Part shown: in pieces, positions 46,792-55,973 of the stretch
How the letters are laid out: each line of letters begins with the position of its first letter
Numbering within the stretch: position 1 is the first letter of the stretch
Assembly: GCA_965216635.1 (NCBI GenBank)
Contig: OZ244188.1
Location: 1,728,001 to 1,792,000, forward strand
From: a bacterium
GTDB taxonomy: Bacteria > SAR324 > XYD2-FULL-50-16 > G965216635
Length of the DNA: 64,000 nt
Direction: 5' to 3'
The notes under the pieces: generated by a model
Database searches by the model: none
What the model was told of the DNA's origin: nothing
The model's input: only the letters and a program-made list of their open reading frames with translations
Program-made: the position numbers and the translations under genes

Positions 46792-47811
46792 TCAAACCAG
46801 TTCGCAAAAAATATTTAATCTTCCTACTCCTCCATCTGGGAATATATTCAGTTTGATATAATTAAAGGCAGAATTATCCCTTTTTATTTCTTGAATGAAA
46901 ATTTTTCTTTCGTCTGCTTTTAATTTTGTTTGCGGGATAATGCTCTGCCAATTCTTCAGAGATAGAGCTTTTTCAGTAGGGATAGTGTCATCTTGTTTCA
47001 TACCTTCCAAAGAAAAACTATCAGGGAAATTTCCTTTAAAATAGGTAGTATCCAAAATAACTTTTCTAGGAATACCGCTAGCAGCTAAACGGATAATATT
47101 CCAATCTCCTCCTTTTTTTCTTCTGCTTCTTTTAGTCTCCCATCCGTCTCCCATATTGATAGGACGGCTCGGCATGAGAATATTTTTTTTATCGCCAAAA
47201 AACATATCGCTACAATCTATTGCACAGGCTCCATTTTCAGCAGCAGCCAAATCTACCAATTCACCTGCTACAAATTTTGTTTTATCTAGTTCTGCTATCC
47301 CATAAACCCTTAAACGAGCCAAGCCTCCATCGGGTAAAATATGAATACGGATATAATTGTATTTTTTATTATTTTTGATTTTGAAAAAATTATGACTACC
47401 AACATTTACTTTAGATTTTTTTAAAATTGGCTGCCAATCTTTTTCTGCAGGTATCCCATTGCTATAAGCTGCTTCTAAAGAAACTTCTTGTGGAGCATTA
47501 CCCAAAAAATGGCTTGTATCTGCGTCTATACCGTAAATTATTCCTGCTAAACCAAGTCGTAAAATACACCAATCGTGTCCTGTAGTTCTCTTTCTTCTAC
47601 TTTCCCATCCGTCCATCCATTTTCCTCTGTCGGTATACTCATCGGGCAAAAAAATCGCTGGTTTAGGTTTGATGAGATTTTCTTTTTCTGCAAAAAAATC
47701 ATCACTGGCTAAAAGAACACGGCACCCTAACCTGTAATCTGCAAGGTTGCTGTATTTATCAAAAGGAGTTGTTTCTGGTTTCAATTTAAGAGGCTTTTGG
47801 TTTTTTTTCAT
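46792..47811 (-). CDS. alc: Allantoicase
   Basis: Two repeats, WMDGWESRR / MGDGWETKR and PDGGLARLR / PDGGVGRL. Confidence 0.93.
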   Translation of the reverse strand: MKKNQKPLKLKPETTPFDKYSNLADYRLGCRVLLASDDFFAEKENLIKPKPAIFLPDEYTDRGKWMDGWESRRKRTTGHDWCILRLGLAGIIYGIDADTSHFLGNAPQEVSLEAAYSNGIPAEKDWQPILKKSKVNVGSHNFFKIKNNKKYNYIRIHILPDGGLARLRVYGIAELDKTKFVAGELVDLAAAENGACAIDCSDMFFGDKKNILMPSRPINMGDGWETKRSRRKKGGDWNIIRLAASGIPRKVILDTTYFKGNFPDSFSLEGMKQDDTIPTEKALSLKNWQSIIPQTKLKADERKIFIQEIKRDNSAFNYIKLNIFPDGGVGRLNIFCELV

Positions 47812-48065
47812 TGTAAATAGTTTATGTATTTCCCTATCGCATCATCTAATATTCTTTTTATATCTCCATAAGTTGTTTTTTCCCAAGTCCTTACAATACT
47901 ATCACTTTCTGCTACTTTTTTTAAAATAATTTTAACATCTATTCCACACTCCACAAAAAGTGAGAGTTGTGTGTTTATCATTTTATGAATTAGTCAATTT
48001 TTAAAAAATTTAATAAAGTAAAGGGCTATGCGATCCTGCTAAAACCACTAGCTAGTTTTTACTAG

Positions 48066-48180
48066 CCAGTGGTAAATCCCGCGGTCAATCCAGTGGTAAA
48101 TCCAGTGGTCAATCCAGTGGTCAATCCAGTGGTCAATCCAGCGGTCAATCCAGCGGTCAATCCCGTGGTCAATCCCGCGG
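48066..48180. repeat. 12-bp VNTR (CCAGTGGTCAAT), about 9.5 copies
   Basis: Seen directly between the permease stop and alc. Confidence 0.9.
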
Positions 48181-48202
48181 GCAAGTCTGTTTTATTAAGA
48201 CC

Positions 48203-49558
48203 TTAGTCGTTATCTCCCTTCGGTAACACCAAACTCAAAACAATAGCAGTAATACCAGCGGTGGTAATTGCAGAACCAAAAATGGTCGCAATCAGTTTGC
48301 CCGCAGCACCTGCTTCTCTAACTACTTTTAGGACATCGGGAACTAAGGATATTCCTATACCTAGACCTAAGGAAACAGCGATAATAACGGCTTTGCGTTT
48401 GTCAATTTCTTGACTCGCTAAAATCCGAATACCAGCTGCTGCAATAGAACCAAATAAAACAATGGTAGCTCCTCCTAAAACTGGTTTAGGTAGTGTTTGC
48501 ATAATTCCACCAACAACTGGAAATAAACCCAAAATCACAAAAATAGCAGCTATAAAATAACCTACATAACGACTAGCTATACCTGTCATTTGAATTACAC
48601 CATTATTTTGGCTAAAGGTTGTATTAGGAAAAGTATTAAAAGTAGCAGCAATTAAAGAATTGACGCCATCTCCTAAAACACCACCTTTGATACGTTTAAT
48701 ATAAGTATCTCCTTCTACAGGCTCCCCTGATAGCATAGAAGTTGCTGTTAAATCTCCTGTGCTTTCAATCGCAGTAATCAAATAGATAAAAGCAATTGGT
48801 AAAAAAGCAGTAAAATCAAAGGCAAACCCGTATTTAAAGGGAATAGGAATAGCAAATAAATCTTGAGTGCCAAGTCTACTAAAATCTACCTCCCCTAAAA
48901 AAACAGCAATGATATAACCTACCAACATACCAATAAAAACAGAGGATATTTGTAAAGTCTTATTTTTCAAAAGAGTCAGCGCAAGAATAACTACGAGGAC
49001 AATTCCGCCTAAAGCAAGATTGGTAAAGCTACCAAAATTTTTCGAGCCAAATCCTCCTGCAAAATCTACAATTCCCACACGAATCAAAGACAAACCAATG
49101 ACAGTAATCACAATTCCAGTCACTGTCGGATTGATGATTTTTTTAAGGTGCGTAATAAATTGGCTGAGAATGATCTCTACAAAAGCACCTAAAAAACAAA
49201 CACCCACAATCAAAGCAAGTATTTCATCGGGACCTCCTCCTCTGCTTTTAGCAATAAATCCAGCAGCTAAAACAGAGCTTAAAAAAGCAAAGCTGGTTCC
49301 TTGCACACTTAATAAACCAGAGCCTATAGGACCTATTCTGCGAACTTGAATAAAGGTGGCTACACCAGAAACTATCAGTGCCATACTAATAAGATATGGT
49401 ATTTCTGAACCTAGCCCTAAAACACCTCCAATAATGAGTGTAGGGGTAATCACACCAACAAAACTAGCAAGTACATGCTGTATTGCTCCGAGCAAAGCCT
49501 TAAAAAAAGGAGGCTTATCTTCTAAGGAATAAATTATTCCTGTATTTTTTCCATTCAT
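48203..49558 (-). CDS. Xanthine/uric acid permease (NCS2/NAT family)
   Basis: QHVLA, QGTSFAF, the FPNTTFSQNNGVIQMTG NAT signature and PVLGGA. ATG 49558 preferred. Confidence 0.93.
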   Translation of the reverse strand: MNGKNTGIIYSLEDKPPFFKALLGAIQHVLASFVGVITPTLIIGGVLGLGSEIPYLISMALIVSGVATFIQVRRIGPIGSGLLSVQGTSFAFLSSVLAAGFIAKSRGGGPDEILALIVGVCFLGAFVEIILSQFITHLKKIINPTVTGIVITVIGLSLIRVGIVDFAGGFGSKNFGSFTNLALGGIVLVVILALTLLKNKTLQISSVFIGMLVGYIIAVFLGEVDFSRLGTQDLFAIPIPFKYGFAFDFTAFLPIAFIYLITAIESTGDLTATSMLSGEPVEGDTYIKRIKGGVLGDGVNSLIAATFNTFPNTTFSQNNGVIQMTGIASRYVGYFIAAIFVILGLFPVVGGIMQTLPKPVLGGATIVLFGSIAAAGIRILASQEIDKRKAVIIAVSLGLGIGISLVPDVLKVVREAGAAGKLIATIFGSAITTAGITAIVLSLVLPKGDND

Positions 49559-50031
49559 AATAATATTGATTAAGTTAATAAGATGACACCTTAGGCAACG
49601 CCAAGGTCTCAAAATAAGTGATTTCACTTACAAGTGAAAAAATACACAAGATAGAATTATTTTGCAAGGAGTGATTTGATTGTAAATTAAGAAAATTTTT
49701 GATTTCCAGAACAATTTCAAAGGTCTATGTAAATTCAAAAGTCTATGCAATAAAAAACTATCTGCTAAACTACCAGTTTTTGAGGGAAGTAGCTTATTTT
49801 CTGGTCGTTTTTTAAATTTGAAGTAAAATTTTTGGTGTTTTTTATTAAAATAAAATTCTTTTTTTAAAAATAAGGGTTGTTTTTTAAATAAGAATAGTTC
49901 ACACTTTGCCAGTAGTAAGTTTGTTGTTGGGAGTTCTTATAGCATTTTAGAAAAAATCCCCCCCAAAATAAACCAAAAACAACCAAAAACAACCAAAAAC
50001 AAGCAAAAACAAGTAAACTAAAAAAAGAAAT

Positions 50032-50060
50032 TTGACTATTTTTAGTTTTTTAATTATCCT
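50032..50060 (+). promoter_or_regulatory. Putative sigma70 promoter of the subfamily-B barrel pair
   Basis: TTGACT-N17-TATCCT. Confidence 0.5.
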
Positions 50061-50116
50061 TTATAAAGTTTTATAAAAATAAAACTAAAAACTCTAAAAT
50101 TAACTATAAAAAGACT

Positions 50117-51439
50117 ATGGAATCTCAAAAAACTATGAAGTTAAACAAATTAAACCAAAAAAACACTATGGAATCTCAAAAAATTATAAAATCACAAGAA
50201 ATTATGCAAACAAAAAAAATTAGGCAAACAAAAGAAATTGTGAAATCAAACAAAATAACCCTGGCAATTTTAGCTTCGCTTTCGTGCTTGCTTTTACTTT
50301 TTTCGGGAGTAAATAATCTGCAAGCCCAAGAAGCAAGACAGCAAGGTTGGTCTATCGGGGTTAGTCCTTTTTACCTAGGTGCTAAAATCAAAACCACTAC
50401 AGAAAACACCACCCTTACAGAAATAGTAACAACACGCACCAAAACATTGACTTCTACCGGCCCAACATTTAGTACGAGCACCACCGATACTAATGTATCT
50501 TCGGGCGCAACTGCAGGTGCAGAGGCTTTTGTAGACTTCGGAGATTCGCGTCACGGTCCCGATTACGACACGATAGCAATAGACTCTGTAGAGGATATTT
50601 GTAAAGATGGTAGATACGATGGTGCTGGAACCTATCGTTCTCCTCAGTTTGACGTAGCTTCTAATGCTGATGCAACCGCTAGTAATGGGGAGGAAGAAGA
50701 CTGTTTCAACCACTTCCAACTACTCCGAGAGCTTGTAGCCTCTTTTAGTCCATCTATAATAGGAACAGTTGTTGATTCTTCTAGTACATATGTTTCCGTT
50801 AGCAACGAAAATACCAGTTTAGCAGGTAACGGATTGCAACTAGGCTACGACTTTGAAAAGTTTCGTGTTTCTTTTAGCCTGCATCAATGGAGTGCGGGAG
50901 ACGATAAACTGAACAGTCAGATTGTAATAGTAGATTACTTCCTGCCCTACGGGCTCTATGCAGGGGCTGGTTTAGCCCAAGCCAAGCTAGAAACTCCGCT
51001 AGGCTCGGATTCAAAAATAGCCCCCGCTATTCATTTTGGCTATAAGCGGAATTTTAGCAAAAACTTTTCTATAGAAGCGGGACTGCTCTGGTTGGGAGCA
51101 AAGTTCTCTGTAAAACAGACCAATGCAGCACAAGTACCAAGAACCTCAGTAGCACCCATGGCAACGCCAGGCTCTGAAACCGTCTCTGTATTGGTAGGAG
51201 GTTTTATAAGTAGTCCAAATAGTGCTCTTATTGGAATTGGTTTTTTAGATGATAGAAATGATGAAAATGATATTTTTTCTAATGAAGATAGGAGAATACT
51301 AGTAAAAGGAACAACTCCAACCTATGGTCCAGTCCAAACAGACACAGACACCTACAATGAAACTGTGCCTACAAAAACAACAATAGAAGTAGAAGCACCA
51401 GCCTCCCTTTTTATTCGCTTTGTCTATCTCTTCAAGTAG
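50117..51439 (+). CDS. Outer-membrane beta-barrel subfamily B paralog 1
   Basis: Signal peptide ..LQA/QEA, GWSIGVSP, LAGNGLQLGY and WSAGDDKLNSQ (homologous to family A); ends FIRFVYLFK. True start uncertain because the N-terminus is stuttered. Confidence 0.85.
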   Translation: MESQKTMKLNKLNQKNTMESQKIIKSQEIMQTKKIRQTKEIVKSNKITLAILASLSCLLLLFSGVNNLQAQEARQQGWSIGVSPFYLGAKIKTTTENTTLTEIVTTRTKTLTSTGPTFSTSTTDTNVSSGATAGAEAFVDFGDSRHGPDYDTIAIDSVEDICKDGRYDGAGTYRSPQFDVASNADATASNGEEEDCFNHFQLLRELVASFSPSIIGTVVDSSSTYVSVSNENTSLAGNGLQLGYDFEKFRVSFSLHQWSAGDDKLNSQIVIVDYFLPYGLYAGAGLAQAKLETPLGSDSKIAPAIHFGYKRNFSKNFSIEAGLLWLGAKFSVKQTNAAQVPRTSVAPMATPGSETVSVLVGGFISSPNSALIGIGFLDDRNDENDIFSNEDRRILVKGTTPTYGPVQTDTDTYNETVPTKTTIEVEAPASLFIRFVYLFK

Positions 51440-51452
51440 AAGCAAAACCACT

Positions 51453-52640
51453 ATGGAAACAAAAGAAACTATGAAATCAAACAAAATAACACTGGCAATT
51501 TTAGCTTCGCTTTCGTGCTTGCTTTTACTTTTTGCGGGAGTAAATAATCTGCAAGCCCAAGAAGCAAGACAGCAAGGTTGGTCTATCGGGGTTAGTCCCT
51601 TTTATCTAGGTGCTAAAATCAAAACCACTACAGAAAACACCACTCTTAGAGCAGTAGTAACAACTGGCACCAGAACATTGGATTCTACGAGCGTCACATT
51701 CAGTGCGAGCACCACTGATGCAGTACTAAAGATTATAAATTCAAGTTCCACTGAAGAAAGTGAGGCTGACAGTGAAGAGGCGAAAAAAATTGTAGTGGAT
51801 ATTTGTGAAGATGGCGCCTACAATGGCACTGGAAGTTATTTTGCTCGTCAGTTTGACGCAACTTCTAATGCTGATCCAACCGCTACAGCAACGACAGATG
51901 TAGCTCTCTGTTTCAAGCACTTCCAAAGGCTTGCAAATTCTTTTAGTGATTTAACAGGAACATCTGTAGAGTCTGATCTATCGCGTTCCGTTAGCAGCGA
52001 AAATACCAGTTTAAACGGTAACGGATTGCAACTAGGCTACGACTTTGAAAAGTTTCGTGTTTCTTTGAGCCTACATCAATGGAGTGCGGGAGACGATAAA
52101 CTGAACAGTCAAATTGTACTAGTAGATTGGCACCTGCCCTACGGGCTCTATGCAGGAGCTGGTTTAGCCCAAGCCAAGCTAGAAACAAACGGAGGCTCGG
52201 ATTCAAAAATAGCCCCCGTTGTTCATTTTGGCTATAAGCGGAATTTTAGCAAAAACTTTTCCATAGAAGCGGGACTACTCTGGTTGGGAGCAAAACTCTC
52301 TGTAAAACAGACCAATGCAGCACCAGAGTCAACAAGAACCTCAGTAGCACTACCAACAACGCCAAGTCCAATTACCTCCAGGGTATTGGTAGGAGGTACT
52401 AGATTCTACAATAGTGCAGTCCTTGTTTTTGTAAATAATGAAGATAGCGAACTCGGACAGCCTTCCTCATTTGGCGATAAAGATAGAAGAATACAAGTAG
52501 AAGGAACAGTAACTCCAACTTATGGTGCAGAGCAAACAGAAACAGAAACTTACAACAGACCACCTGTGCCTACAAAAACAACGATAGAAGTAGAAGCACC
52601 AGCCTCCCTTTTTATTCGCTTCGTCTATCTCTTCAAGTAG
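51453..52640 (+). CDS. Outer-membrane beta-barrel subfamily B paralog 2
   Basis: Near-identical barrel strands to 50117-51439 with different inserts. ATG 51453 preferred. Confidence 0.85.
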   Translation: METKETMKSNKITLAILASLSCLLLLFAGVNNLQAQEARQQGWSIGVSPFYLGAKIKTTTENTTLRAVVTTGTRTLDSTSVTFSASTTDAVLKIINSSSTEESEADSEEAKKIVVDICEDGAYNGTGSYFARQFDATSNADPTATATTDVALCFKHFQRLANSFSDLTGTSVESDLSRSVSSENTSLNGNGLQLGYDFEKFRVSLSLHQWSAGDDKLNSQIVLVDWHLPYGLYAGAGLAQAKLETNGGSDSKIAPVVHFGYKRNFSKNFSIEAGLLWLGAKLSVKQTNAAPESTRTSVALPTTPSPITSRVLVGGTRFYNSAVLVFVNNEDSELGQPSSFGDKDRRIQVEGTVTPTYGAEQTETETYNRPPVPTKTTIEVEAPASLFIRFVYLFK

Positions 52641-52877
52641 AAGCAAAACCACCCCTGCCTTGTTGGCTTATTTGTTGGTTTGCCTGTTAATTTTAGGGGC
52701 GCCTTTGAGTAGAAACACTCCTATTAAATTGTTGGGGACATTTTTTTACAGCGCCATCAAACTTTTCATCATACTCCTTATCTACTTTATCCATCGGAGT
52801 ATATCCTTTCTTTTTCATTAGTGCTTTTAGCTGTATAAGGTTCATTTTCTAAATGCCTTTTTTGGCAGTTTTCTTTT

Positions 52878-53477
52878 TCATTGATTAATTAGTTTTTCAA
52901 ATAAATTTACTAAATCGTTTTCTTCTTCTATTTCTGCCATAAATACTGGCAATACTTTTTCTTTTCCTCTTGTTCCAGCAATACTATTTTTGTAAGAAGT
53001 TAAACTCAAATCTAATTTATGTTCGTCTGTTTTCTCTCCATTGATTGTTCTCTGGTGCAAATTTTCCCACTTTATATTTTTTTTATATCCCATAGTGCAA
53101 TAAATTTTATCAGAGGTTATATCTATTAGAATGAGTATATCGTATGTTTTTTGTTTGTATAATTTTTCGTGTTGAAAAGTATTAGCATTGTTACCAATTG
53201 TTGCTGTTTTTACCTCTATTTTATAGCCATTTATTTCAATATCCCAATCTTTATCTAAACTAGTTTGTGATTTTTCATAAATTACATTGTACTCGTGATT
53301 TTTAAAAACATAATTCAATAACATTTCTCCAATTTCTCCAGTATCGTCATTGGACATATTTTTTATTTCTGCATACTTGGAGTTAGGCTTCCAATTATCT
53401 TTTTTTTTTGAATTAGTTTGCTTCTTTATGTTTCTCAATTCTTGAATAATTGATTTTATAGTTTCTCCTATCCTCAT
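52878..53477 (-). CDS. Putative PD-(D/E)xK restriction endonuclease
   Basis: GEIGE...WDIEINGYKIEVKTA; start overlaps the MTase stop (ATGA). Confidence 0.7.
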   Translation of the reverse strand: MRIGETIKSIIQELRNIKKQTNSKKKDNWKPNSKYAEIKNMSNDDTGEIGEMLLNYVFKNHEYNVIYEKSQTSLDKDWDIEINGYKIEVKTATIGNNANTFQHEKLYKQKTYDILILIDITSDKIYCTMGYKKNIKWENLHQRTINGEKTDEHKLDLSLTSYKNSIAGTRGKEKVLPVFMAEIEEENDLVNLFEKLINQ

Positions 53478-54703
53478 AACACCAATTCCCTATCAAAGAA
53501 TCCTTTTTTTATAATAACCTGTTCTATTAAGCTTGTTCTTAAATTAAGTGCTGAATTTGTAGAAGAGAAAGCAGTTTTATTCCAATTATTTTTTTTCAAT
53601 ATTTCTTTTATCTTTTGTTTTTCTTGATAAATCAAAATTCCGTAACCTCTTCTATGCGGTAGTTTTTCAAAACTATCAAAAGTTTGCATTTCTTGAAAAG
53701 TCGTTGATGGCAAATAGATATCGCAATTATGTAACATTTTTTTATTTCTAGTGCTAGATGGAGTTCCACCGTCAGATAAAGAATAAATTCTAATGTAGTC
53801 TTTACAAGTTTTTCTAACAGGAATTTTTATTTTATGTATGTTTATTTTAGTCCATACTTGAAAAATTGTGTTTATATCAATTTCTTTACCATTTGGATAA
53901 TAAAAAGAATTTAATGGTAACTTTTTACTAAAGGCTACTTTATACCCTTTAACCCTTTTCATAGCAGAGCCTTTCCCGTCACTGTCAAAAAGTGGAGGTA
54001 AAATAAAAGCAACTATATCTGCAAAATTATAAGAATGATTGATAAATTTTAAAGCAAGATTTCCTCGCAACCCGAAAGGCGGATTGCCTATAACTATTGA
54101 TTTCTTTTTATAATTTGGTGTCCATTCCAAAAAATCTTTTTTTATTATTTCTTTACTATTGGGCGCTATATCAATTCCAGTTTTGTTGCTGGGCAATATA
54201 TTATAAAAAGCCCCATTACCAGCACTCGGATCTATAAAATGGTAATTATTTATATCAATATTTAATTCTTTTGCTACTTTAAGAAAATTATTAAAGCATT
54301 CTCTAACTACATTTTTTTTTGTATAAAATTGATCTAAGACTCTCTCACCTTGCAATTCCTCTCTTACTCCCAGTATTCTTAATAAGTCTTTTGTGTAGGA
54401 AATCGGGACTTTATTTCTCTGCTTCCATCTAGTAAGAGTTCCTATATGAAGTGATAATTTTTCTGCTATTTCTCTAATAGGATAATCTGATAATATTTGA
54501 TTAAATAAATAATAATTATTCTTTTCAGAATATAAATTCATTGTTTTATTATAAGTTGTTTTGTTTTCTGATAATATTTGATTAAATAAATAATAATTAT
54601 TCTTTTCAGAATATAAATTCATTGTTTTATTATAAGTTGTTTTGTTTTCTGATAATATTTGATTAGATAAATAATAACTACTCTTTTCAGAATATAAATT
54701 CAT
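53474..54703 (-). CDS. Amino-DNA methyltransferase with N-terminal HTH
   Basis: DQFYT, IDPSAGNGAF (motif I) and IGNPPFG (motif IV); IREIAEKLSLHIGTLTRW HTH. Alternative starts at 54622 and 54541. Confidence 0.85.
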   Translation of the reverse strand: MNLYSEKSSYYLSNQILSENKTTYNKTMNLYSEKNNYYLFNQILSENKTTYNKTMNLYSEKNNYYLFNQILSDYPIREIAEKLSLHIGTLTRWKQRNKVPISYTKDLLRILGVREELQGERVLDQFYTKKNVVRECFNNFLKVAKELNIDINNYHFIDPSAGNGAFYNILPSNKTGIDIAPNSKEIIKKDFLEWTPNYKKKSIVIGNPPFGLRGNLALKFINHSYNFADIVAFILPPLFDSDGKGSAMKRVKGYKVAFSKKLPLNSFYYPNGKEIDINTIFQVWTKINIHKIKIPVRKTCKDYIRIYSLSDGGTPSSTRNKKMLHNCDIYLPSTTFQEMQTFDSFEKLPHRRGYGILIYQEKQKIKEILKKNNWNKTAFSSTNSALNLRTSLIEQVIIKKGFFDRELVL

Positions 54704-54722
54704 TGTTTTATTATAAGTTGTT
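54487..54722 (-). repeat. 81-bp tandem repeat (about 2.9 copies) spanning the MTase start
   Basis: MNLYSEK..YYL.NQILSENKTTYNKT is repeated; each unit carries TATAAT-AAAACA-ATG. Confidence 0.9.
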
Positions 54723-55391
54723 TCAGCGAAGCAAATGCCCTATCCTTTTTAAATTATAGCCTCCGAAAAGACTTTTCTCTGGGTTGTGCGACCAAAAAAC
54801 TATTCTTCCTTTGCCACGAATCTTTTCTTCATCTACATATCCCCAAAAACGACTGTCTTGAGAGTTCCTGCGGTTATCTCCCATTACAAAGTATTTTCCT
54901 CGAGGCACAGCGATTTCTAAATCTCTGCCTACAAAAAAACTAGTATCTAAATGCTTGTAGGGCTCTTCTAATTTTTTACCGTTGATAAAAACAACTTCTC
55001 CTTGGATAAGAATTCTATCTCCCGGTAGTCCAATAACTCTTTTAATAAAATTTACAGAAGGATCTTGGGGGTAAGGAAAAATAACAATATCTTGCCTTTT
55101 AATGGGAGATTTGAATATTTTTTTGTCTGTGAAAGGAATAATAAAGCCGTAAGAGTGCATATTAGCGAATAAAAAATCTCCCCTTTGAATGGTTTGCAGC
55201 ATAGAGCCTGTAGGCACTTTATAGGGGGCGTAGCCCCAGGTCCTAAAAATACCTACCACAATTAAGGCAAATAAAATAGCGTCTATCCATTCTAGTACTA
55301 TTTGGTTTTTGATTATTTTATCAATTCTTAAGATACGCACAAGGCGAACATTTTTATGGATTGGGGTTGTTTTTTGGTTTATTGGGGGCAT
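54723..55391 (-). CDS. lepB: Signal peptidase I
   Basis: VPTGSM, FIKRVIGLPGD and GDNRRNSQDSRFWG. Confidence 0.95.
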   Translation of the reverse strand: MPPINQKTTPIHKNVRLVRILRIDKIIKNQIVLEWIDAILFALIVVGIFRTWGYAPYKVPTGSMLQTIQRGDFLFANMHSYGFIIPFTDKKIFKSPIKRQDIVIFPYPQDPSVNFIKRVIGLPGDRILIQGEVVFINGKKLEEPYKHLDTSFFVGRDLEIAVPRGKYFVMGDNRRNSQDSRFWGYVDEEKIRGKGRIVFWSHNPEKSLFGGYNLKRIGHLLR

Positions 55392-55455
55392 TTTTATTTT
55401 TTTTAAATTATTATTTTGGTTCTAAACAGAACGCAAATTATTAAAATAAGGGATA

Positions 55456-55713
55456 AACCTTTGAATTTGCCAAATAGAATAAAACTAGCTGTGACGGCTA
55501 GCCAAATGGTTAGAAAAGGTGCGAAAATTTGTGAAACAGCGGAGCATATCGTTTAAGAGAAATGCCAAAAAACTAAGTCTTACCGAAAAAGGAATGTAAA
55601 AAAGCCAGTGGCTTTTTTACAATACTTCTATAAGTGATTTTAAGCAATAAGACTAGTATGTGAGCATTTTTCACAAATTTTCAACGCTGCATAGGCTAAA
55701 CAGAACGCAAATT
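55456..55713. mobile_element. Composite family A element with nested family B insert
   Basis: ACCTTTGAATTTGC start and CAACGCTGCATAGGCTAAACAGAACGCAAATT end; hairpin GTAAAAAAGCCAGTGGCTTTTTTAC at 55596-55620. Confidence 0.75.
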
Positions 55714-55729
55714 ATTAAAATTCAGGGAT

Positions 55730-55973
55730 AGACCTTTTGAATTTGCCAAATAGAACAAAACTAGCTGTGACGGCTAGGCAAGGCGAAAAAAAATTTTAGC
55801 TCGTAGGAATACTCTCTTATTGCATACGATAAAGTAAAGGATATAGTAAAAGAGCCACTGGCTCTTTTACATTTCCTTTTGGGATTATGCAAGTTTTGTG
55901 GTGTTTTTCACCACGATATTTCAAGAGTTAAAATTTTTTTTCAACGCTGCATAGGCTAAACAGAACGCAAATT
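55730..55973. mobile_element. Composite family A element with an inverted nested family B insert; overlaps the ccmF 3' end
   Basis: Same termini as 55456-55713; hairpin GTAAAAGAGCCACTGGCTCTTTTAC at 55846-55870. Confidence 0.78.

Noticed and set aside
49575..49660. Canonical purine riboswitch
   Set aside because: The conserved three-way-junction core was not found; kept only as an unexplained hairpin leader.
52696..52845. About 50-codon minus-strand ORF after the nuclease (MNLIQLKALMKKKGY...)
   Set aside because: Short, with no recognisable family, and it runs into repeat-like sequence; possibly a fragment but unsupported.
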